From Paraburkholderia sp. (GTDB taxonomy: Bacteria > Pseudomonadota > Gammaproteobacteria > Burkholderiales > Burkholderiaceae), in assembly GCA_035636295.1 (NCBI GenBank), contig DASPZL010000440.1:5404-69403 (forward strand): 64,000 nucleotides of DNA. The letters run 5' to 3'. Shown in pieces: positions 57,342 through 64,000 of the stretch. The notes under the pieces were generated by a model, which had not been told where the DNA came from, did not search any database, and worked only from the letters and a program-made list of their open reading frames with translations. Numbering within the stretch: position 1 is the stretch's first letter; each line of letters begins with the position of its first letter. The position numbers and the translations under genes were made by a program.

Positions 57342-58271
57342 TCACTTCGGCCACTCGTCCATGGCGTCGTTGAAGAGTTCCGCGACCACGCCGCGCAGCC
57401 AGCTCGCGCGCGGATCGTTATGAAACTTGCGATGCCAGTGCTGCCGCAGATCGAAGCGCGGCAACGGCAGCGGCGGCTCGACCAGCGTGATCGACGCGTG
57501 CTCGGACACGTACGCGAAGCCGATCGCGTGCGGCACCGTCGCGAGCAGATCGGTGCGCGCGAGGATGAACGGCAGACTCATGAAGTGCGGTGTTTCGAGC
57601 ACGGCGCGGCGCTTGATGCGTTTCTTTTCCAGGTATTGCTCTAGCACTTCCTGGCTGCGTCCTTCGGCGCGCACGACCGCGTGACCCGACGCCACGTACT
57701 GAGGCAGCGTAAGCGGCGCCTTGGAAAGCGGATGGCCCGTGCGCATCAGGCAGATGAACCGGTGGGTGAAGAGCCGCTGCTGGAAAAAGTTATTGCCCGA
57801 CAGGTCGGGAAAATAGCCGACCGCGAGATCGACGTCGCCTGATTCGAGCCCGCGTTCCACCTGCGATGGCGACAGCGAGACCGAGCGCAGATTCGCGTGA
57901 GGCGCGCGTTCGGCGAAGAGTTGCAGCAGCCGCGGCAGAAAGACGATTTCGCCGACGTCGGAGAGCGCGATCGAGAAGGTATGCGTGCTGGTGGCCGGGT
58001 GGAAATCCTGCACGTCGAGCATGCCTTTCTCGATACGCAGAAGCGCGTCGCGAGCGGCGGGGAGAATGGCGAGCGCTCGCGGAGTGGGTTCCATGCCTTT
58101 CGACGTTCGTACGAAGAGCGGGTCGTCGAAGTATTCGCGCAAGCGTCCCAGGGCGGTGCTCACGCGCGGTTGGCTGACGCCGAGCTGCTCGGCGGCGCGG
58201 CTGACGTTGCGCGTGTCTTCCATCGCGACCAGGTAGGGGATCAGGTTCAGATCCAGGGTTGTGTCTGACAT
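57342..58271 (-). CDS. LysR family regulator (NahR/NodD-like)
   Basis: LDLNLI...[32 protein letters not shown]...MEPTPRA. Confidence 0.92.
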   Translation of the reverse strand: MSDTTLDLNLIPYLVAMEDTRNVSRAAEQLGVSQPRVSTALGRLREYFDDPLFVRTSKGMEPTPRALAILPAARDALLRIEKGMLDVQDFHPATSTHTFSIALSDVGEIVFLPRLLQLFAERAPHANLRSVSLSPSQVERGLESGDVDLAVGYFPDLSGNNFFQQRLFTHRFICLMRTGHPLSKAPLTLPQYVASGHAVVRAEGRSQEVLEQYLEKKRIKRRAVLETPHFMSLPFILARTDLLATVPHAIGFAYVSEHASITLVEPPLPLPRFDLRQHWHRKFHNDPRASWLRGVVAELFNDAMDEWPK

Positions 58272-58451
58272 GCTTCGTTTGTCCGCGGGGCAGCGCGGGA
58301 CGGCTATTGGATATGCAAATAGAGGGTAGCTCAATAATGCCAATACACGATAGTGGGGTTTTCGTCGTATCGACGGCAAACCCGGACAAACGGGAACAAC
58401 AACGCCGCATGGCTGAAGGCAAAAACCTATGATTAAGGGAAAGCCCTTGCC

Positions 58452-58481
58452 TTGACAACCCGCCCGCCGGACAACCATAAT
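58452..58481 (+). promoter_or_regulatory. sigma70 promoter of pcaIJBDC
   Basis: TTGACA-N18-CATAAT. Confidence 0.6.
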
Positions 58482-58490
58482 CGCCTGAGC

Positions 58491-58525
58491 GTTCGCTAAA
58501 CGAATCAGTGTTCATATAACGAACA
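58491..58525. promoter_or_regulatory. tandem PcaR/PobR (IclR-type) operators
   Basis: GTTCGCTAAACGAAT and TGTTCATATAACGAACA match GTTCG-N5-CGAAC. Confidence 0.7.
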
Positions 58526-58674
58526 AATCTGCGGCGAACAAACCGAAGGCGCCAGCCCGCATGTCCAACCGGCGAGCCGCCGCCAGCCCAGGCCCGGAGA
58601 CCGTCATCGCGAGAAGCTCTGTCCGTGAGGACAGCAAGTTCAGCGGCACGCAGCGCCCCAATAGGAAATTCGAC

Positions 58675-59370
58675 ATGATCAACAAGATTTTCGAGTCACT
58701 TCAATCGGCGGTCGCCGATGTCCACGACGGCGCCACCGTCATGATCGGCGGCTTCGGTACTGCCGGCATGCCGTCGGAGTTGATCGACGCGCTCATCGAA
58801 CAAGGCGCGCGCGAGCTCACCATCGTCAACAACAATGCCGGCAACGGCGATATCGGTCTCGCGGCGCTGCTCAAGGCGAAGCGTGTGCGCAAGATCATCT
58901 GCTCATTCCCGCGCCAAACCGATTCGTACGTGTTCGACGCCCTCTATCGCGCCGGCGAAATCGAACTCGAACTGGTGCCGCAAGGCAATCTCGCGGAGCG
59001 CATCCGCGCGGCGGGCGCGGGCATCGGCGGTTTCTTCACGCCCACCGCTTACGGCACGAGGCTCGCCGAAGGCAAGGAAACCCGCTTGATCGACGGCAAG
59101 CACTACGTGCTGGAATCGCCGCTGCATGCGGATTTCGCGTTGATCAAGGCGTACAGGGGCGACCGTTGGGGCAACCTCATCTATCGCAAGACGGCGCGCA
59201 ATTTCGGGCCGATCATGGCAAGCGCGGCGAAAACCGCGATCGTGCAGGTGTCGGAAGTGGTGCCGCTCGGCGCGCTCGATCCGGAAGTGATCATCACGCC
59301 CGGCATTTTCGTGCAGCGCGTGATCGAAGTGCCGCAAGCGGCGCATCAAGCCGCAGCCACCGCCGCCTGA
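58675..59370 (+). CDS. pcaI: 3-oxoadipate CoA-transferase subunit A
   Basis: DGATVMIGGFG, NNNAG, PQGNLAERIRAAGAG, ARNFGP. Confidence 0.93.
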   Translation: MINKIFESLQSAVADVHDGATVMIGGFGTAGMPSELIDALIEQGARELTIVNNNAGNGDIGLAALLKAKRVRKIICSFPRQTDSYVFDALYRAGEIELELVPQGNLAERIRAAGAGIGGFFTPTAYGTRLAEGKETRLIDGKHYVLESPLHADFALIKAYRGDRWGNLIYRKTARNFGPIMASAAKTAIVQVSEVVPLGALDPEVIITPGIFVQRVIEVPQAAHQAAATAA

Positions 59371-59383
59371 CCCGGAGACCGAC

Positions 59384-60043
59384 ATGAAAAAACTGACCCG
59401 CGATGAAATGGCCAAGCGCGTTGCGCTGGATATCCCCGAAGGCGCCTACGTGAATCTGGGCATCGGCGTGCCGACGCTGGTGGCCAACCACCTCGCCGCC
59501 GACAAGGAAATCTTCCTGCACAGCGAAAACGGCCTGCTCGGCATGGGCCCCGCGCCCGCGAAAGGCGAGGAAGACGACGAACTGATCAACGCCGGCAAGC
59601 AGCACGTCACGCTGCTCACCGGCGGCGCCTACTTCCATCACGCGGACTCGTTCGCGATGATGCGTGGCGGCCATCTGGATTTCTGCGTGCTCGGCGCGTT
59701 CCAGGTGTCGGCGAAGGGCGATCTGGCGAACTGGCATACCGGCGCGCCCGACGCGATTCCGGCTGTCGGCGGCGCGATGGATCTGGCGATCGGCGCGAAG
59801 CAGGTCTACGTGATGATGGAACACCTGACCAAGCAGGGCGAAAGCAAGATCGCCGCTGAATGCACGTACCCGGTGACGGGCGTGGGTTGCGTCGACCGCA
59901 TCTATACGGACCTCGCGATGATCGACGTCACCGGGCAGGGCCTCGTGGTGCGCGAGATTTTCTCGGACATCGACTTCGATGCGCTGCACAAGCTGACCGG
60001 TGTACCGCTAATCGACGGCACCCAGGCGGCTCGCGCGGCTTAA
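59384..60043 (+). CDS. pcaJ: 3-oxoadipate CoA-transferase subunit B
   Basis: VNLGIGVP, HSENG (catalytic Glu), GGAMDL. Confidence 0.93.
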   Translation: MKKLTRDEMAKRVALDIPEGAYVNLGIGVPTLVANHLAADKEIFLHSENGLLGMGPAPAKGEEDDELINAGKQHVTLLTGGAYFHHADSFAMMRGGHLDFCVLGAFQVSAKGDLANWHTGAPDAIPAVGGAMDLAIGAKQVYVMMEHLTKQGESKIAAECTYPVTGVGCVDRIYTDLAMIDVTGQGLVVREIFSDIDFDALHKLTGVPLIDGTQAARAA

Positions 60044-60086
60044 CCGGCCGCGAGGGCGCACAATACGCCGCAACGCGGCGTGCGTT

Positions 60087-60128
60087 ACGCTGTCTGCTGT
60101 CTGTACGATACAGAGCGGCGGACAGCGT
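60087..60128 (+). repeat. long intercistronic inverted repeat (pcaJ-pcaB)
   Basis: ACGCTGTCTGCTGTCTGTA-CGA-TACAGAGCGGCGGACAGCGT, ~19-bp stem with two G-U pairs and one bulge. Confidence 0.65.
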
Positions 60129-60217
60129 TAGGCGCTTATCGTCAGACGCGTCGCGCGACGCGCCCGAACGCCACGGCGAAACCTTCACTTTCGATTCCCT
60201 CGAACATCGAGGCCATC

Positions 60218-61597
60218 ATGCTCGACTCCAGCGCCCGTCTGACCGGCCTTCTTTGCGGCACCCAGCCGATGAACGACATCTGGTCGCCGCGCGCCACGCT
60301 GCAACGGATGCTCGACGTGGAAGCGGCGCTCGCGCGCGCTTCGGCGGCGCATCAAGTGATTCCTCATACCGCGGTGGCCGCGATCGAAGCGGCCTGCCAG
60401 GCCGATCAGCTCGACGCCGGCGCGCTCGCGCGCGACGCCGCGCTCGGCGGCAACCTCGCGATTCCGCTCGTCAAGCAACTCACCGCGCGCGTCAAGGCGG
60501 CCGACGCCGAGGCGGCGAAGTACGTCCATTGGGGCGCAACGAGCCAGGACATCATCGACACGGCGACGGTGCTGCAACTGCGCGACACCTTTGATCTGCT
60601 CGACACGGGCCTGCAAGCCACCTGCGGTGCCCTGGCGAAACTCGCGGCCACGCATCGCGCGACACCGATGATCGGCCGCACGTGGTTACAGCAAGCGTTG
60701 CCGATTACATTGGGCCTGAAATTCGCGCAATGGCTCGACGCGTTGCTGCGTCACCGCGAGCGGCTCGATGCGTTGCGCGCGCGTGTGCTGGTGTTGCAAT
60801 TCGGCGGCGCGGCGGGCACGCTGGCGAGTCTGCGCGATGCCGCGCCGCACGTCACGCAGTCGCTGGCGCGAGAACTCGATCTCGCGGTGCCGACCTTGCC
60901 GTGGCATACACAGCGCGATCGCATGGCGGAAACGGCGTCGCTGTTCGGCATGCTGATCGGCACGCTCGGCAAGATCGCTCGCGATATCTCCTTGCAGATG
61001 CAAACTGAAATCGATGAACTGGCCGAGCCCGCGGCAGCAGGCAAGGGCGGTTCGTCGACGATGCCGCACAAGCGCAATCCGGTTGGCTGCGCCGCCGTAC
61101 TGACAGCCGCGACACGCGCGCCGGGCCTCGTCGCCACAGTGTTCGCCGGCATGGTGCAGGAGCACGAGCGTGCGCTCGGCGGCTGGCAAGCCGAATGGGA
61201 CGCGCTGCCCGACCTCGCGCGACTGGCGGGCGGCGCGCTCGCCAACATCGAACAGATCGCCGCGGGCTTGAACGTGAACGTGCCGCGCCTTGCCGCGAAT
61301 CTCGACGTCACGCACGGCCTGATTCTCGGGGAGGCGGTGATGCTCGCGCTCGGCGACAGCATTGGCCGGCTCGATGCGCATCATCTGGTTGAACGCGCAT
61401 CGAAGGCCGCGATCGCTGATGGCAAGACGCTCTTCGACGTGTTGTCGGCGGACCCTGCCGTCACCGAACATCTTCCGGTCGAGCGCTTGCAACAGCTGCT
61501 CGACCCCGCTCAATACGTCGGCCAGGCCCACGCTTATGTGGACGCCGTGCTGGCGCTTCATACCACGCGCGCCAAGCGCGCCACTTCCAGGGAGTAA
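60218..61597 (+). CDS. pcaB: 3-carboxy-cis,cis-muconate cycloisomerase
   Basis: VHWGATSQD, GRTWLQ, GGSSTMPHKRNP, EHER; operon context. Confidence 0.93.
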   Translation: MLDSSARLTGLLCGTQPMNDIWSPRATLQRMLDVEAALARASAAHQVIPHTAVAAIEAACQADQLDAGALARDAALGGNLAIPLVKQLTARVKAADAEAAKYVHWGATSQDIIDTATVLQLRDTFDLLDTGLQATCGALAKLAATHRATPMIGRTWLQQALPITLGLKFAQWLDALLRHRERLDALRARVLVLQFGGAAGTLASLRDAAPHVTQSLARELDLAVPTLPWHTQRDRMAETASLFGMLIGTLGKIARDISLQMQTEIDELAEPAAAGKGGSSTMPHKRNPVGCAAVLTAATRAPGLVATVFAGMVQEHERALGGWQAEWDALPDLARLAGGALANIEQIAAGLNVNVPRLAANLDVTHGLILGEAVMLALGDSIGRLDAHHLVERASKAAIADGKTLFDVLSADPAVTEHLPVERLQQLLDPAQYVGQAHAYVDAVLALHTTRAKRATSRE

Positions 61598-61602
61598 CCG
61601 GC

Positions 61603-62394
61603 ATGCCTTACGCCGCAGTCAACGGGACCGAGCTTCATTATCGAATCGACGGTGACCGTCACGGCAATGCGCCGTGGATCGTATTGTCGAATTCGCTCGG
61701 CAGCGATCTGTCGATGTGGACGCCGCAAGTGCAGGCGCTGTCGAGGCACTTCCGCGTGCTGCGCTACGACACGCGCGGTCATGGCCATTCGGAAGCGCCG
61801 AAAGGCCCGTACACGATCGACCTGCTGGCCGGTGACGTACTCGGCCTGATGGATACGCTGAAGATCGCCCGCGCGAATTTCTGCGGCATATCGATGGGCG
61901 GCCTGACCGGCGTCGCGTTGGCCGCGCGTCACGCGAATCGTCTCGAACGCGTGGTGCTGTCCAACACGGCGGCACGCATCGGTTCGCCGGAAGTGTGGGT
62001 GCCGCGCGCGGCGAAGGCTCGCGGGGAAGGCATGGTCGCGCTGGCCGACGCTGTTTTGCCGCGCTGGTTCACCGCCGAGTTCATCGAACGCGAGCCGGTG
62101 GCGTTCGCGATGATCCGCGACGTGTTCGTGCATACCGATAAGGAAGGCTACGCATGTAATTGCGACGCCATCGACGCCACCGATTTGCGCCCCGAAGTGC
62201 CCGGCATCAAGGTGCCGGCGCTGGTGATCAGCGGCACGCACGACGTGGCCGCGACGCCGGCGCAAGGCCGCGAACTGGCGCAGGCGCTTCCGGGCGCGCG
62301 TTACGTCGAACTGGACGCCTCGCATCTTTCCAACATCGAAAAGGCCGAGTCCTTCACGAAGACCGTGCTCGACTTCCTCACGGAGCCGAAATGA
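61603..62394 (+). CDS. pcaD: 3-oxoadipate enol-lactonase
   Basis: LSNSLG, YDTRGHG, GISMGG, RWF, HLSNIE. Confidence 0.93.
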   Translation: MPYAAVNGTELHYRIDGDRHGNAPWIVLSNSLGSDLSMWTPQVQALSRHFRVLRYDTRGHGHSEAPKGPYTIDLLAGDVLGLMDTLKIARANFCGISMGGLTGVALAARHANRLERVVLSNTAARIGSPEVWVPRAAKARGEGMVALADAVLPRWFTAEFIEREPVAFAMIRDVFVHTDKEGYACNCDAIDATDLRPEVPGIKVPALVISGTHDVAATPAQGRELAQALPGARYVELDASHLSNIEKAESFTKTVLDFLTEPK

Positions 62395-62783
62395 ACGACG
62401 AAGACCGCTACGAAGCCGGACTGGGTGTACGCCGCGCGGTGCTCGGCAGCGCGCACGTCGACCGTTCGCTCGCGAACCGCACCGAGTTGACGGAAGAATT
62501 CCAGAACCTGATCACCCGCTATGCGTGGGGTGAAATCTGGACGCGTGATGGTTTGCCGCGCCACACGCGCAGCCTGTTGACCATCGCGATGATGGTCGCG
62601 CTCAATCGCAGCGAAGAACTCGCTTTGCATCTGCGCGCCGCGAAGAACAATGGCGTGACACGCGAGCAGATCAAGGAAGTGCTGCTGCAAACCGCGATCT
62701 ATTGCGGCGTGCCGGCGGCCAATTCGGCGTTTCACCTCGCCGACAAGCTATTCCGCGAAGACGACGCCGCAGCGAATCCGTAA
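62391..62783 (+). CDS. pcaC: 4-carboxymuconolactone decarboxylase
   Basis: RRAVLG, AWGEIWTR, AIYCGVPAAN; ATGA overlap. Confidence 0.93.
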   Translation: MNDEDRYEAGLGVRRAVLGSAHVDRSLANRTELTEEFQNLITRYAWGEIWTRDGLPRHTRSLLTIAMMVALNRSEELALHLRAAKNNGVTREQIKEVLLQTAIYCGVPAANSAFHLADKLFREDDAAANP

Positions 62784-62806
62784 CGTTCTGCTTGCAGTCA
62801 TGCCGC

Positions 62807-62844
62807 AAAGAAGCGCGCGCCGGCAACACGGCGCGCGCCTTTTT
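62807..62844. terminator. intrinsic terminator after pcaC (possibly bidirectional)
   Basis: GCGCGCGCCG-6nt-CGGCGCGCGC followed by CTTTTT. Confidence 0.7.
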
Positions 62845-63550
62845 ATACGGCGCCGCTTTCGCTCACACTCGCCACTGCCGCTTCAGCCGGCAATTGCAAG
62901 CGCACCGCGCGCAACACCGTATCCTTGATGACCTCGCGCCAATGCGCGAGCGCCGCCTTGTCCATCAGCGGCTCGCCGAGAAACGCGCCCAACGTGTACT
63001 GATTGGCGTTATAGAAATAGCCGAGCGACGCGATCATCAGATACACATCGCGTGCTTTAACGTCGGCGCGAAAGACGTTTTGCGCCTTGCCCGCATCCAA
63101 TAACTGCTGCACCACCGAAATCGCATAGCCGGAAATCTCCTTGAGCTTCGACGATTTCTTCGCATGCTTGCCTTGATGCAGATTTTCGCTGGATAGCAGC
63201 GTGACGAACTCGGGATGATCCAGGTAGTACTGCCAGACGAATTCGACCATCTGCTCCAGACCATGCACGGGATCGCCCAGATCGAGATCGAGCTTGCTCT
63301 CGGCCTCGTTGAACTGTGTGTAGATCGTTTCCAGTACCTCGACGAACAACTGCTCCTTGCTGCCGAAGTAGTAGTAGATCATCCGGTCATGCGAACGCGC
63401 GGCCTTCGAGATACTTTCGACGCGGCCGCTTGCGTAGCCCTGTTTCGCGAAGACCTTGATCGCCGCTTTCAGAATCTTGGCGCGCGTGTCCTGCGCCTGT
63501 TTCGCGCGGATGCCGGTAGCGCCCGGCTTGCGGACGGCAGTGGGGCTCAT
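62843..63550 (-). CDS. TetR family regulator (RutR/NicS-like)
   Basis: ILKAAIKVFAKQGY...MIYYYFGSKEQLF, SENL. Confidence 0.9.
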   Translation of the reverse strand: MSPTAVRKPGATGIRAKQAQDTRAKILKAAIKVFAKQGYASGRVESISKAARSHDRMIYYYFGSKEQLFVEVLETIYTQFNEAESKLDLDLGDPVHGLEQMVEFVWQYYLDHPEFVTLLSSENLHQGKHAKKSSKLKEISGYAISVVQQLLDAGKAQNVFRADVKARDVYLMIASLGYFYNANQYTLGAFLGEPLMDKAALAHWREVIKDTVLRAVRLQLPAEAAVASVSESGAV

Positions 63551-63790
63551 GGCGGTCTTGAATCTCTTTGTTAGCGTCAGATTGAACGACATGCGCCGCA
63601 ACGGGTGACGCTTGGGCGCGCCTTCATCATACAGCCCACATCACGCGTTGCGGAACGTGCTGCGCGATACGCCGCTTCAGCGTAGATTGAATCCTGATTC
63701 ACGCGACGATGCCGCGCCGCACCATTCCAGCGAACGCCGGGAAACTCATTGCGCAGTCTATTTTGATCGAGTAGATTTCAAACAAGTTTG

Positions 63791-63808
63791 GTGTAGCGGA
63801 TACTACAC
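63791..63808. promoter_or_regulatory. palindrome, candidate TetR operator
   Basis: GTGTAG-CGGATA-CTACAC in the region divergent from tetR. Confidence 0.55.
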
Positions 63809-63925
63809 GAATGGTGAGTGACCGCAACATGGAAAAATGCGGATCACGCGAAAGTGCCTTTAAACAAGGGCTATTCGTCAGCCGGAGCGGGACCGATTGT
63901 AATGTCGTCGTATGGGAACCCCACC

Positions 63926-64000
63926 ATGACAGAACATACGAAGGTCGATTTCGGTGCGGAACGCGTCGACGGCGAAACCGCCTCGACGCCGGGTCCGACC
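63926..64000 (+). CDS. 5' end of an ORF running off the window (MTEHTKVDFG...)
   Basis: ATG after GGGAA, open to the window end; only 25 codons visible. Confidence 0.35.
   Translation, partial: MTEHTKVDFGAERVDGETASTPGPT

Overview
GC-rich betaproteobacterial DNA. The braI-rsaL-braR quorum-sensing locus, the OpcP-type porin and the gene set point to an environmental Paraburkholderia, probably a secondary chromosome (inference). I saw no rRNA, tRNA, CRISPR array, transposase or integrase. Contents in order: a FadR/GntR regulator separated from its likely regulon (DapA-like lyase, SMP-30 lactonase, ABC importer) by braI-rsaL-braR; an SDR, cysE, an AraC regulator and a porin; PhoX with a Pho box; a four-gene lipid head-group module (CDP-alcohol transferase, 2OG-Fe(II) oxygenase, HpnL/flippase-like protein, cytidylyltransferase); an ectoine/hydroxyectoine uptake and catabolism cluster (ehuBCDA, EnuR-type regulator, eutBC, doeABXCD); ggt, an HtrA-like protease and ppk2; an operon with a sigma54-type promoter (HpxW-like oxamate amidohydrolase, OxlT-like antiporter, NitT/TauT ABC importer, amidase); pit, CHAD, DedA-rhodanese, DMT, folE, LysR, pcaIJBDC and TetR. 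Three best candidates for something undescribed: (1) an unannotated ~68-nt intergenic sRNA at ~16045-16112, divergent from the porin, with a segment complementary to porin start codons (MicF-like); (2) the hpxW-oxlT-ABC-amidase operon, a plausible oxamide/oxamate nitrogen-scavenging pathway; (3) the four-gene lipid-modification module. All calls come from reading motifs by eye; no database searches were run.
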